DNA from: a virus
DNA length: 64,000 nucleotides
Reading direction: 5' to 3' (one strand)
Virus record (IMG/VR): IMGVR_UViG_3300044705_000115
Span: 1 to 64,000 of that record
In this document: one piece after another, positions 25,618-34,442 of the stretch
Layout: every line of letters starts with the position of its first letter
Position numbering within the stretch: position 1 is the first letter of the stretch
Translations under genes and position numbers: made by a program
The notes under the pieces: model-generated
The model's database searches: none
What the model was told of the DNA's origin: nothing
Seen by the model: only the letters and a program-made list of their open reading frames with translations

Positions 25618-26052
25618 TCAAGCGGCGAGAGGCGGCTGCTCCTCGTCCTGCTTCGGTTTCGGCATCAACGCCTGCACCTTGCCCTGGATCGACGCCAGGT
25701 CGGCCCGCTCGTCGTCGCTGAGGACGGGGTTGCTTCCGTCGGGTACGAGGTCGTCGATGACGCGCAGGATCGTCTTGCGCTCGCGCGGACTCAGGTTGAG
25801 GTCGCCGGAGGGGCTGACGATGTTGGTCGAGCGGTAGAAGTGCTCGACGGCGCCGCGGCGCGGCTCCGTTTTGACGAGTTCGATGGTGCCGAGTTCGAGC
25901 AGCGTCTTGACGTGGTAGCTGACGTTGCCGAGCGGCGCGTGGAGCTGCTTGGAGAGTTCGTTGGGGCTGGCCATCCTGATCTCCAGGCGTTCCAGAATCT
26001 TCACGCGCAGGGGATGGGTGGTCGCTTTGGACAGGTCCGATTTCTCGGCCAT
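25618..26052 (-). CDS. ArsR-like winged-helix transcription regulator
   Basis: HPLRVKIL..SPNELS..LGNVSYHVKTL..RRGAVEHFYR. Confidence 0.9.
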   Translation of the reverse strand: MAEKSDLSKATTHPLRVKILERLEIRMASPNELSKQLHAPLGNVSYHVKTLLELGTIELVKTEPRRGAVEHFYRSTNIVSPSGDLNLSPRERKTILRVIDDLVPDGSNPVLSDDERADLASIQGKVQALMPKPKQDEEQPPLAA

Positions 26053-26064
26053 TGGCAAATCCTC

Positions 26065-26091
26065 CTCCTTGGTCGGTTATCGACAATCTTA
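26065..26091 (-). promoter_or_regulatory. -10 (TAAGAT) + CCGACCAAGGAG leader motif
   Basis: Exact motif 26065-26076. Confidence 0.7.
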
Positions 26092-26118
26092 GACCAAAAA
26101 GAGGCTTCCTGAACGACA

Positions 26119-26147
26119 GAAGGCCGCCTTCGCGCGAGGCGGCCTTC
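26119..26147 (-). terminator. hairpin, probable intrinsic terminator
   Basis: GAAGGCCGCCT-N7-AGGCGGCCTTC perfect inverted repeat. Confidence 0.6.
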
Positions 26148-26244
26148 CGCTGGAGCTCAGAACTCGCGTGCGGCGCCAGCGTTGCTGCTGACGCTCCTCA
26201 ACGACGCTCGAGGAACCATGAAGCGAGGGTACTGCTGCAGGCGG

Positions 26245-26772
26245 CTAGAGAAGCCGCATCCGCATCGCGATCCCACGCAGGCGCAGCTCAGTGTCGCGGT
26301 CGTAATCGAACCGGTCGGCGTTCTGCACGATGGAGCGGTCGAGATCCCCGTCAGCGTGTCGACGAACGGCGGCGCCCCAGTCGGCCACCATCTCGATCAG
26401 GTCCGCCGTCGACATGCCCTTGATCCCGTTGCGGTGATGCTCAGGGTGATGGCTGTTCCGCGAGTAGTGGCGCTCGATTGCGGGCTTGATGACGCGAAGC
26501 AGTCCCCGGTACTCCGCTGAGCCGTACTCGGTTTCGCGCAGGCGGTGGGAGGTCGCGGCGAACGCCGCCGCCTCGTCAGGCGAGTACTTCGAGAGGTCGT
26601 GGACGACCGCACGCTGCGCGAGGTCGAGCCAGAGACGCCAGTCCCAGTCGTCTGACATCGGCGAGCAGCCCTCAAGGAAGTCGTCGATGATGAACAGGCT
26701 GATGTTGCGGGCGACCCAGAACTTGTGGGTCGTGGTTCCGGCGAAGTGGCGGATCCAACCGATCATCGGCAA
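26245..26772 (-). CDS. DUF5662-family HD-like protein
   Basis: HDLSKY.PDE, HYSRNSHHPEH, DLIEMVADW. Confidence 0.85.
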   Translation of the reverse strand: MPMIGWIRHFAGTTTHKFWVARNISLFIIDDFLEGCSPMSDDWDWRLWLDLAQRAVVHDLSKYSPDEAAAFAATSHRLRETEYGSAEYRGLLRVIKPAIERHYSRNSHHPEHHRNGIKGMSTADLIEMVADWGAAVRRHADGDLDRSIVQNADRFDYDRDTELRLRGIAMRMRLL

Positions 26773-26901
26773 GTGCAGCGGACTCCGATTCGGATGTGAC
26801 CCAGCGGTCCGCCGTGCCGCGGGCAGTTCATGGGAGCTGGGGCTGAACGAAGACGCACCAGGCGGCGACGAAGGCCAGAAGGCCGAGCAGCGCGAGGCGG
26901 C

Positions 26902-27252
26902 TCATCCGACTGGACTCTCGATGCCACGGCCCTCGTCCTTGAGCAGCATTGGGGTACCGGAGGCCAGCGCCTTGCGCTTGGTTCGGCCGATGACCGCCTC
27001 GATTTCATCGAGCGCGTCTTCCCCTAGGTCGGCCCGCTTCTCCGCCCGGGCGCGGGCCGCGCTCTCTGACCCTGCACGTCGCTCGGCGCGAACCTCTGCT
27101 TCCTCCGCCTGCTTCAGCTTCTCGCGCAGGATGATGATCTCGTTGGCGAGGAGCTGAAGGTTCTCCCCCTCGTCGCTGCGGGGGCTGCCGCCGAGCGAGT
27201 TGACGACCTCGCTCACGTTGAGGTTGGTCTGCGCCATGCAAGACAGGTTCAT
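26902..27252 (-). CDS. coiled-coil hypothetical protein
   Basis: ORF track; heptad-like E/R/A composition. Confidence 0.65.
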   Translation of the reverse strand: MNLSCMAQTNLNVSEVVNSLGGSPRSDEGENLQLLANEIIILREKLKQAEEAEVRAERRAGSESAARARAEKRADLGEDALDEIEAVIGRTKRKALASGTPMLLKDEGRGIESPVG

Positions 27253-27269
27253 CCTTGCTGCGGACGGAA

Positions 27270-27548
27270 CTACTCAGTGATGTATGGAGGCGACCAGCCG
27301 ACGATGTCGGCGAGCGCCAGGTGTAGGGGGGCCGAGACAGTGATTCGCGCCTTCGTCCGACCGTTGCGCACGAAGACGGCCTTGTGCAGCGCCTCCTCAT
27401 CGAGCGGGACATCCATCGTCTCGCCATCGACGGTCCAGGTCGCCGGCGGCAACTCTGGGTCGTGGAGGAATTCGGCCCAGAACGCCCACTTCTTTGCCTT
27501 CGCGTCTCGTGCAGACGTGTCCTGCTCGAGGCGCGTGTAGATGTCCAT
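27270..27548 (-). CDS. hypothetical protein
   Basis: TGATG coupling to the Fic gene. Confidence 0.65.
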   Translation of the reverse strand: MDIYTRLEQDTSARDAKAKKWAFWAEFLHDPELPPATWTVDGETMDVPLDEEALHKAVFVRNGRTKARITVSAPLHLALADIVGWSPPYITE

Positions 27549-28090
27549 CAGGGCCTCGGGCGCCTCGTCAGTTCGAGCGCCTGGTAGTAGTAGCGGTGCA
27601 GGAAGCTGAGGGCGAACGGGTCGTCCCCGATCCTCTCCATGTGCCAGGCCCAGATCGCGCGGCCACTGCGGCCGTTGCCGTCGGTGAAAGGGTGCAGCGA
27701 CTCGTAGGCGCCGTGCGCCTCCGCTGGCGAGAGGTCGCCCCGGTTGATCGTTTCGAGCAGTTCTTCCAGCCTCCCGGCGATGTGGGGGCCTCCCTCGGGC
27801 GGCCTGTAGACGACCTCCCCTGTCGCGCCATTGCGAATGAAGACATTGCTGCCGAAGCGAACGCGGAGCCGCGCCTTCGGCTCGATCAACTTGACGAAGG
27901 CGCGGACATTCGTCAGCTCGACCTTCGGCAGAGCTAGGAAGAGACGCAGCGCAGTGACATGGTCCTCGCTCGGCTCTTCGATGCCCTCAATCCGATCAGA
28001 CTCGGCAGCGAACTCACGCAAGAGTTCATCGCGCATCTCGGCTTCGGCATAGCGCTGCAGTTGCTCGGGCTCGATCTTCGGCTCGGTCAC
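27548..28090 (-). CDS. Fic-domain protein
   Basis: Canonical HPFTDGNGRSGR; N-terminal SDRIEG matches the (S/T)xxxE(G/N) inhibitory motif. Confidence 0.92.
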   Translation of the reverse strand: MTEPKIEPEQLQRYAEAEMRDELLREFAAESDRIEGIEEPSEDHVTALRLFLALPKVELTNVRAFVKLIEPKARLRVRFGSNVFIRNGATGEVVYRPPEGGPHIAGRLEELLETINRGDLSPAEAHGAYESLHPFTDGNGRSGRAIWAWHMERIGDDPFALSFLHRYYYQALELTRRPRP

Positions 28091-28293
28091 TCGACCAGCG
28101 CCTTCCCGAAGTCCTCCCAGCGCCGTTTGACGCCGTGGCCGTCTAGCTCCCAGCCGACGACGACGCAATACACCGGGTCGCAGTCCTCGCAGAGGATCGC
28201 CCAAGGATGGGTTTCCGACATCGGCCCCTCGTTCACGGAGAGGCCGCTGACCTCGCCGTGGACGGGGCAGATCAGCGTCTCCTCGTCAGCCAT
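28087..28293 (-). CDS. small Zn-binding hypothetical protein
   Basis: CPVHG...CEDCD. Confidence 0.6.
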   Translation of the reverse strand: MADEETLICPVHGEVSGLSVNEGPMSETHPWAILCEDCDPVYCVVVGWELDGHGVKRRWEDFGKALVE

Positions 28294-28465
28294 GCGCCTT
28301 CGCCTCCAGTACGTACGTCGCCTTGATCGGGCTGGCCTTGTGCCACTTCCCCTTGCACTTCGGCAACTCCGCATCGAGGTTGTAGCTCTGCCCGCTCAGC
28401 CTCTTGCCGCAGGCGGGGCAGCGGTAGTCGATGATCTTCTCGGGGAAGACGCTCTCCTCAGCCAC
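28286..28465 (-). CDS. small Zn-ribbon protein (59 aa, not in track)
   Basis: MAEESVFPEKIIDYRCPACGKRL...; overlaps both neighbours. Confidence 0.55.
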   Translation of the reverse strand: MAEESVFPEKIIDYRCPACGKRLSGQSYNLDAELPKCKGKWHKASPIKATYVLEAKAHG

Positions 28466-28931
28466 CCTGAATCACCGCCTTGACCTCGACCATCTGCGGC
28501 CCCATCGCCCGGCACGGGTAGGGGTGGCTCCGGCACTTGCCCGGCGCCATCGAGAGATACCCGCACTCCGCGACAGGGCAGATGTAGAGGGTCAGCTCCC
28601 TGCCCTCCGGTTGCTGCTGGCGGAGTCGGTGGAGATCGCTGATGTGGATGTAGGCGCCGTCGTCGGTCTGGTCCATGCCGACGCCCTTGCCCTTGCGATA
28701 GCTGGGCGTCCACAGTTGGATGCCGAGCGACCGCGCCAGATCAGCGGGCTTCAGGTTCTGCTCGCTCGCCTCCGGCACATCCTTGTCGGCCGCCACGGCG
28801 GCGAAGCTCTCCCAAGTCTCGGGGTCGCACTCGAAGGTACCGACAAGCTCGCCCTCGGTAGGGGCGACGCCGACGAAGCGGGATCGCTCGTCGTACTCGA
28901 AAACCAGCGGGCCGATGGTTAGCTCAGTCAT
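28458..28931 (-). CDS. hypothetical protein
   Basis: Start trimmed to MTELTIG. Confidence 0.6.
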   Translation of the reverse strand: MTELTIGPLVFEYDERSRFVGVAPTEGELVGTFECDPETWESFAAVAADKDVPEASEQNLKPADLARSLGIQLWTPSYRKGKGVGMDQTDDGAYIHISDLHRLRQQQPEGRELTLYICPVAECGYLSMAPGKCRSHPYPCRAMGPQMVEVKAVIQGG

Positions 28932-29520
28932 CGAAGCTCTCCGTGACGGCGCCGAGCCAGTCGGTCGCTTCCTTGGCCCGCTCCTTGACCTCGGCGATCC
29001 GAGCGTCAGCCCGCTCGATTTCGTCCTTGCAGCTTTGAATGACGGAGTCCCTGTAGTGGGCGGCGCTCTGGGGCTCGGACTGCACGCCGAAGCTGCGGTG
29101 TGTGCCGTCCTGGTCGATGGTTCCCTTGATCTGTTCGACCATGAACTCCTTGTAGCGCTCGTGCATCGGCGTCGGTGGCTCCCAAGCTTCCGCCTTGGCC
29201 AGCACCTTTTCCAGCTTCTCCCGATTCTCGTTGGCTTCCTTCTCCCGTTGCTCGTCGCGCAGGGCAGAGAGCGCGGCGACGTTGTCGGATGCCTCCTGGG
29301 CATCGGCGTCGGACCACTTGCTCGCCGCCTCCAACTGCGCTTCGGCCGTCGCCTTGACCTTCTCGTAGTAGGCGGTGTCCGGCTCGAAGGTCTTCGGAAG
29401 CTCTTGGTCGAGCGGGTATTCGCGCAACTGAGGGACGAACTGGCGAGCGCAGCGAAGGGCGAACTGCTCGAAGGTGAGGTCTTCGCCGTCGATGATGCCA
29501 GCGGTTAAAGCGGTAGGCAT
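28924..29520 (-). CDS. conserved phage hypothetical protein
   Basis: MPTALTAGIIDG..TFEQFALRCARQF..WEPPT..H...KEFMVEQI; leader-motif RBS. Confidence 0.8.
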   Translation of the reverse strand: MPTALTAGIIDGEDLTFEQFALRCARQFVPQLREYPLDQELPKTFEPDTAYYEKVKATAEAQLEAASKWSDADAQEASDNVAALSALRDEQREKEANENREKLEKVLAKAEAWEPPTPMHERYKEFMVEQIKGTIDQDGTHRSFGVQSEPQSAAHYRDSVIQSCKDEIERADARIAEVKERAKEATDWLGAVTESFDD

Positions 29521-29526
29521 GGCAGC

Positions 29527-29554
29527 CTCCTTGGTCGGTTGACCGCAGAGGCTA
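29527..29554 (-). promoter_or_regulatory. -10 (TAGCCT) + CCGACCAAGGAG leader motif
   Basis: Exact motif 29527-29538. Confidence 0.7.
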
Positions 29555-29573
29555 CCTGCTGCATCTTCTCCCG

Positions 29574-30095
29574 TCAGCCTTCTTCCGCGCCCTTGGCGGC
29601 GCCCCCGAGCAGGGAGTTGGCCTCGACCGCATCGTCCTGATGCAGCTCCAGGTGGTTGCCGCCCCCGACCCGCATCGTCGCGCCGTGGCGATCCATCACG
29701 AGAGAACAACGGTGGCTATCCGCGAAGGCCACGAGCGCCTTGATGTGCGCAGCCTCGAAGCGCTCGCGCCGAATCGTGATGCGGCAGTCCCGGTGGACAT
29801 TCGTGCCGTGCTCCTCGTAGTCGCCCCCGTAGACGACGAGTTCGGCCTGAAAGCCGGTCACGGCGACCAGCCGGCGAAGTACCCAGGCGGTGCGGGCGAT
29901 CTTCTCGTCGATCGCGGTGAACGGCGTCGCGGAGCGTCCGGTGCCGAACCGCAGCGTTTCGTACTCCGAGACGGCCTCGTCGAGCGCCGCCAGGCCCGGC
30001 CAGCTCCGTTCCTCGGTGATCTCCCTGACGAGCTCGACCAGCGCATCGGCCCGCTCGAGCGCGACCTCGTTCATGGCGTTCGGTGAAAGCGACAT
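29574..30095 (-). CDS. hypothetical protein
   Basis: ATG with AGGAGG RBS. Confidence 0.7.
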   Translation of the reverse strand: MSLSPNAMNEVALERADALVELVREITEERSWPGLAALDEAVSEYETLRFGTGRSATPFTAIDEKIARTAWVLRRLVAVTGFQAELVVYGGDYEEHGTNVHRDCRITIRRERFEAAHIKALVAFADSHRCSLVMDRHGATMRVGGGNHLELHQDDAVEANSLLGGAAKGAEEG

Positions 30096-30171
30096 CTGAA
30101 CCTCCTGTTTGGACTCCGCCGGCGACTACCGGCGGCTGCTGCGGAGATTTCCATCGGATGCGGATGGAAAT

Positions 30172-30585
30172 TCAGCCGATGACGACCGCAACGAGCGCGA
30201 TCACGGCGATGTGCCAAACCTGATCGGCGGCGATGGTGACCGCCTGCCCGATCGAGAGGTACTGCGGCGGAACCGGCGTCTGCTCCGGTGTCGTCTGGTG
30301 GATCAGCCGCGACCAGCCGATCACCGGCTCTTTCGTGTCGATCACCATGTGGATGAAGCCGATTGCGAGCGCCGCCGCTGGCGGGAAGACGAGCAGCAGG
30401 GCGAGGACGTGGGCGGCGCCGTGGACGTAGAGGCTCGGGTGCCGATCCCACCAACGCGAGGTCAAGGTGCGCCGACCCTGCTTGTGCAGCGCGATCCACT
30501 CGTTCTGGGTGAGCCAGTCAGCGACGAGGTGCGCGACGACACCCCAGACCAGCAGCGTCGTGACCGACTCGCTGAACGAGATCAC
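30172..30585 (-). CDS. DUF3307-like membrane protein
   Basis: HLVADWLTQ, VHGAAH, HMVID, DQVWH. Confidence 0.85.
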   Translation of the reverse strand: MISFSESVTTLLVWGVVAHLVADWLTQNEWIALHKQGRRTLTSRWWDRHPSLYVHGAAHVLALLLVFPPAAALAIGFIHMVIDTKEPVIGWSRLIHQTTPEQTPVPPQYLSIGQAVTIAADQVWHIAVIALVAVVIG

Positions 30586-30755
30586 GATCCGAAGCTATGG
30601 CCGCAGCGCTGCCCTCGCTGTGAGAGGCATCACGCGCCCGCCGCGTGACAGGGGGATGTCGGGCGTCAGGGAGAGCCTGCGGCGGGCGCGGAGAGGAACG
30701 TAGACGAAGCGGGGTGAGCGTCAAGCAAGTCATCCCGCATCCTCCGAGAAACGAG

Positions 30756-30827
30756 CGAGGTCACAGGGACTTGAACCCTGACTTCCGCCTCGACAGGGCG
30801 GCGTCCTGACCTTTGGACCATGACCCC
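30756..30827 (-). tRNA. tRNA-Asp(GTC)
   Basis: GGGGTCA/TGACCTC, loop CTGTCGA. Confidence 0.92.
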
Positions 30828-30835
30828 AGGTTGAG

Positions 30836-30908
30836 TAGCGCCACGGAGGCTCGAACTCCGACTTGAGGCCTGAGAAACCCCTGTCCTGACCGGTTAGACG
30901 ATGGCGCC
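30836..30908 (-). tRNA. tRNA-Glu(CTC)
   Basis: GGCGCCA/TGGCGCT, loop TTCTCAG. Confidence 0.92.
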
Positions 30909-31032
30909 ACGACGCAGTCTAGATGGTCGGCGCCGACACTGGGCGCCCAAGCACAGGGCCTGTCGAGAGGCGGACCAGACAGTCGTCCCCCCCTTCCCCG
31001 GCGCCGACCGAGACGAATGTTGCTCCCGAATC

Positions 31033-31293
31033 CTACCTACGCCCGGTCCAATAGAGCGGCCAAACTTCCGCATCGTCCGGGCAAATCGAGCCGTACTCAA
31101 GGCGGGCGCAAATCAGCTTGATCTTGCGCGGGTTGCCGCGCACCAACTTTGCGTCTTCGATCACGTAGGCCGCGCCGGCGTGGCTCGCCAGCAGGTCACC
31201 CTCGACCGGCATCGCTCCCTCGACCCAGGGCCAGTCGGACTCGTAGGTCAGCTTGACTTCGGTGCCAGCCTCCCAGCCGACCGGCTTGGCCAC
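31033..31293 (-). CDS. hypothetical protein
   Basis: GTG start MAKPVGWEAG coupled to the upstream stop. Confidence 0.6.
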   Translation of the reverse strand: MAKPVGWEAGTEVKLTYESDWPWVEGAMPVEGDLLASHAGAAYVIEDAKLVRGNPRKIKLICARLEYGSICPDDAEVWPLYWTGRR

Positions 31294-31511
31294 TAGATCA
31301 CTTTGACGGTGATGTCGATCATCTCGATCTGCGGCAGACGCACGTAGTAATCGACCTCGCCGATCAGATCGCCGCCGCACCCGCAGAACGGGTCGCCCTT
31401 CACCGTCTCCTCGAGCGGAAAGCGTGCGCCGCAATCGGCGCAGCGGATCGGTCGTGGCCCGACGCGAACCCAGATCGTCGGATCAGCGGATCTGTCGGAC
31501 TTGAACTCCAA
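31293..31511 (-). CDS. Zn-ribbon hypothetical protein
   Basis: CADCG...CGCGG; start uncertain (TTG just after tRNA-Cys). Confidence 0.5.
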   Translation of the reverse strand: MEFKSDRSADPTIWVRVGPRPIRCADCGARFPLEETVKGDPFCGCGGDLIGEVDYYVRLPQIEMIDITVKVI

Positions 31512-31584
31512 AAGCGCCTGCGGGAGTCGAACCCGCGTCGAGACGGCTTTGCAGACCGCCACCTATCCGCTCGGTCAAGGCGCC
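31512..31584 (-). tRNA. tRNA-Cys(GCA)
   Basis: GGCGCCT/AGGCGCT, loop CTGCAAA, U73. Confidence 0.92.
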
Positions 31585-31606
31585 GCTACGGACTGTAGCG
31601 AACCCT

Positions 31607-31858
31607 TCAGCGGTTGACGACCTGGCGGCCACCATCAGGGTCATACCGTTCCTTCTCCCAGTGCCCGTGCCAGCGCCCGACTTCGGGGTTGCACTCCGAG
31701 CAGCGGGCATTGCCGTCGCCAAGCCCGGCCTCGACCCAATCCGGGTGCTCCTCGACTTCTTCCTTGCGGAGGGCGATCTTGCGGCCGTGGTAGCCGCGGA
31801 AGCCTGCGGTGGCGGTGTTCTCGACGCAGCCGCAGATGTCGCAGACGAAGAGGCTCAC
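31607..31858 (-). CDS. conserved phage Zn-binding hypothetical protein
   Basis: MSLFVCDICGCVENTA...CSECNP..GRWHGHW. Confidence 0.75.
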   Translation of the reverse strand: MSLFVCDICGCVENTATAGFRGYHGRKIALRKEEVEEHPDWVEAGLGDGNARCSECNPEVGRWHGHWEKERYDPDGGRQVVNR

Positions 31859-32106
31859 GAGACGAGGTGGAACAGCTCGGGGTCTTGCACTTCGCCGTCG
31901 ATACTTCGATGCACCGCGCCCGTCTCCCTCCAGACCGCGAAGTCGTAGGAAGCGGGGAGCGCGGCGTCATAGGCGATTACCCAGGTGAAGGAGACGAGCA
32001 GCCACGGACTCCCAGGCTGGTCGGTGACGCGCACCGCGAAGTCCTTGCGGTCGTGTCCCTCGACTTCCATCCACGCCGAGAGGCGCTGTGCGGCCAAGTC
32101 CATCAT
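31855..32106 (-). CDS. hypothetical protein
   Basis: Coupled ORF MMDLAAQR. Confidence 0.6.
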   Translation of the reverse strand: MMDLAAQRLSAWMEVEGHDRKDFAVRVTDQPGSPWLLVSFTWVIAYDAALPASYDFAVWRETGAVHRSIDGEVQDPELFHLVS

Positions 32107-32306
32107 CGGTCGCGCCAGCCTTCGTACATGCGGCGGCCCTCGCTGCTGACCAGCGGCCCCTGCTTCGCCGGACACTCCTGGCAGTAGCGGTTCTGCGCGT
32201 GCATCGGTTCCCGTTCGGGGTAGCCGACGATGCTGTCCCAAGTCCACGGCCCCCAGCGGTGGAAGCCGAACCTGCAGCCGAGACGCTGCTTCAACCGAGC
32301 GATCAC
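32103..32306 (-). CDS. hypothetical protein
   Basis: C.FGFHRW...RYCQEC. Confidence 0.55.
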   Translation of the reverse strand: MIARLKQRLGCRFGFHRWGPWTWDSIVGYPEREPMHAQNRYCQECPAKQGPLVSSEGRRMYEGWRDR

Positions 32307-32665
32307 GCCAGCTCCCGGGCGAGCCAGTCGGCGTCCACCCCAGGGGGCAGCGCAGAACGGGCCGTGAAGCCCGTCCCGTCCTTGGCCCGCTCGAGTTCGT
32401 ACAGCGCCTCCAGAATCGAGCGCTCGTAGCGCCATTTCAGGACTTCCTCGAACTTAAACTGGCCCTCGCCGCGGCCCGGAACCATCAGCTTGACCGGGAA
32501 GACCGCCGCCGAGCCCGGCGCGATCCGGCTGAACTCGCACCAGCGGATGTCGTGGTCGCGGCCGAAGTAGGGGCCGCAGTCAGCGAGGCCCTCAAGGCCG
32601 CCGTAAACCCAGCCGTTCTGCGGTCGGAAGTCCTCCGGCATGTTGATGTAGCGGGGCGGACTCAC
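32303..32665 (-). CDS. hypothetical protein
   Basis: GTGA-coupled ORF. Confidence 0.65.
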   Translation of the reverse strand: MSPPRYINMPEDFRPQNGWVYGGLEGLADCGPYFGRDHDIRWCEFSRIAPGSAAVFPVKLMVPGRGEGQFKFEEVLKWRYERSILEALYELERAKDGTGFTARSALPPGVDADWLARELA

Positions 32666-32856
32666 TTCTCCAGCGAGGGATGCGGCGCCTTGGCCGGGTC
32701 GATGCGCACGTAGACACCGCTCTCGGTCTCCTGCCCGCAGTAGACGCAGGTCTCCTTCTTCGGCTCTTTCAGGCGCACCGCTTCGCGGTCTGGATTGCGG
32801 TCGGTCCAGCAGCTATCGCAGCAGGGCTGTGTCCAGCCGTAGCGCTTCTCGCTCAT
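32662..32856 (-). CDS. small Zn-binding protein
   Basis: CCDSCW...CVYCG. Confidence 0.7.
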   Translation of the reverse strand: MSEKRYGWTQPCCDSCWTDRNPDREAVRLKEPKKETCVYCGQETESGVYVRIDPAKAPHPSLEK

Positions 32857-33743
32857 GCGGCCACCAACTCCCGTTCCTGGTCGGCCGCGTAGGCCAGCTT
32901 GCGCCTCACACTCGGCTTCAGGCGGATGCGCGGTTTCCGATCCGTGACATTGGCGGCGGCGACGAAGTCCTCCTCAAGGTCGGGGTCTTCCAGTTGGAGC
33001 TTGGTCGCCAGCGCGACATCGCCATCGGGCATCCAGTCCTCAGGGTGCAGGCAGTAGGAGAAGAGGACAGCGTTGGTCAGCAGGTCGGTCTGCCAGAACC
33101 CGTTGCCAGCCTGCACCACGTAGGAATTGCCGGTCAGCCCGCCGAAGCAGCGGAAGCTTTCCTGCAGGCGGTATTCGAGGAGCTGAGTCGGCGCCAGCAT
33201 GGATTCGAGCAGCGTCTCGGCCCGCTCCTCGGCGCGGCGACGCTCGACCTGCTGCATGATGAACTGGGCGAGCGCCCTGTCCTTCCCGACCTCCTCGACG
33301 AGGCCGTCGAGTTTGCGCGTGTGGTGCAGGGCATCGCGCCAAGTCAACTCGCGCTGCGACCCCTGCATCTCCCAGCCGCCGAAGGATTCGCCCCGCTCAT
33401 CGTCCAGTAACTCGGTGTCCCAGCGGTAGATGCAGGGGCGGTATATCCACTGCTGGGTCGGCTCATGGTGCTGCGGAACTAGGCCGCCTGGCGCCAGCAG
33501 CGCCATCGTCCCGTAGAAGGCCGGGAACATCCTGACTTCCTGCCCGATCTTGCCACCGAGCACATAGAGCATTTCGTAGACCTGGAAGCCATCTTCGGTT
33601 TCGCTGCTCGGCAGCCCGGCGGTGCGCGAATCGGGCCTGATCTTGCCAAGGACAGCCGCCGGCAGGCCGTCCCTGGAGATCCAGTCCTTCGGCGGGATCA
33701 GCTCGGGCTCGCCCGCGTACGGCAGGTCGCCGTTGGTTCTCAT
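32853..33743 (-). CDS. hypothetical protein
   Basis: Start MRTNGD coupled to the upstream gene; C-terminal RAETLLESML..YCLHP..PDGD..LA.KL.LE..F...AN. Confidence 0.75.
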   Translation of the reverse strand: MRTNGDLPYAGEPELIPPKDWISRDGLPAAVLGKIRPDSRTAGLPSSETEDGFQVYEMLYVLGGKIGQEVRMFPAFYGTMALLAPGGLVPQHHEPTQQWIYRPCIYRWDTELLDDERGESFGGWEMQGSQRELTWRDALHHTRKLDGLVEEVGKDRALAQFIMQQVERRRAEERAETLLESMLAPTQLLEYRLQESFRCFGGLTGNSYVVQAGNGFWQTDLLTNAVLFSYCLHPEDWMPDGDVALATKLQLEDPDLEEDFVAAANVTDRKPRIRLKPSVRRKLAYAADQERELVAA

Positions 33744-34102
33744 CGGCGGCGCGGCGCGACTGCCCCAGCGATGTCGGCCATGCCCCGGCCGATGTCGGCG
33801 AAGCCCTGCGGCAGGCTCCCGAGACCCCGCGCTTTGGAGTCGAGCGGACCTCCGGCCATCGCGCGGCCACCTTTGCGCTGCGCCTCGGTCTTCGCGGGCG
33901 CGGGCGCGGCGATGACCTTGCCGAGCTTCTTGGAGAACCGCGTGACGCGCTTGCCCTTGGTCTCGGCGACCTCGAAGAACTCGTAGCCATCCTTCTTCAG
34001 CTTGGCGAATTCCTCCTTCGCCTTCTGGGTCGATTCCCGGTCGCTCGGGTCCCACTCGATCTTCGTGTCCCCGCTCTGGTCGAGAACCAGCATCTCGCTC
34101 AT
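33740..34102 (-). CDS. conserved hypothetical protein (GD..I.WD family)
   Basis: LDQSGDTKIEWD..A..EF..GY; leader-motif RBS. Confidence 0.8.
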   Translation of the reverse strand: MSEMLVLDQSGDTKIEWDPSDRESTQKAKEEFAKLKKDGYEFFEVAETKGKRVTRFSKKLGKVIAAPAPAKTEAQRKGGRAMAGGPLDSKARGLGSLPQGFADIGRGMADIAGAVAPRRR

Positions 34103-34109
34103 GTCGCTC

Positions 34110-34139
34110 CTCCTTGGTCGGTTGCTCAGCTCAAACGTA
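34110..34139 (-). promoter_or_regulatory. -10 (TACGTT) + CCGACCAAGGAG leader motif
   Basis: Exact motif 34110-34121. Confidence 0.65.
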
Positions 34140-34302
34140 GCCGCTGCATCAGCGTCTCCACAGCGTCAGCGTGTCGTGAATGCCCTGAAAGCGAGGAATC
34201 TCGATCTGGGCGGTCATCAAGGATGTCGAGGCCATTGAAACCCCGCAGGGCGGATTCCTCAATAAGGCCCTGCTTGCGGGCGACCTGCTCGTACTCCGTC
34301 AT
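34126..34302 (-). CDS. hypothetical protein
   Basis: ATGA-coupled MTEYEQV. Confidence 0.45.
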   Translation of the reverse strand: MTEYEQVARKQGLIEESALRGFNGLDILDDRPDRDSSLSGHSRHADAVETLMQRLRLS

Positions 34303-34442
34303 GCCGCCTTGCTCTTGCGCTTGGGGGGCGTGGCCGGTTCCTCCAGCAGGGCTTTGTAGACCAGCGCCGCCGCCTCCTCGCGGCCTTCCTTCCTCAGCTC
34401 GCGCACCCACCATTCCGCCATCCGGCGACCCTTGCTGTTCAA
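34299..34442 (-). CDS. small hypothetical protein
   Basis: TTGA-coupled, ..MAEWWVRELRKEG. Confidence 0.5.
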   Translation of the reverse strand: MNSKGRRMAEWWVRELRKEGREEAAALVYKALLEEPATPPKRKSKAA

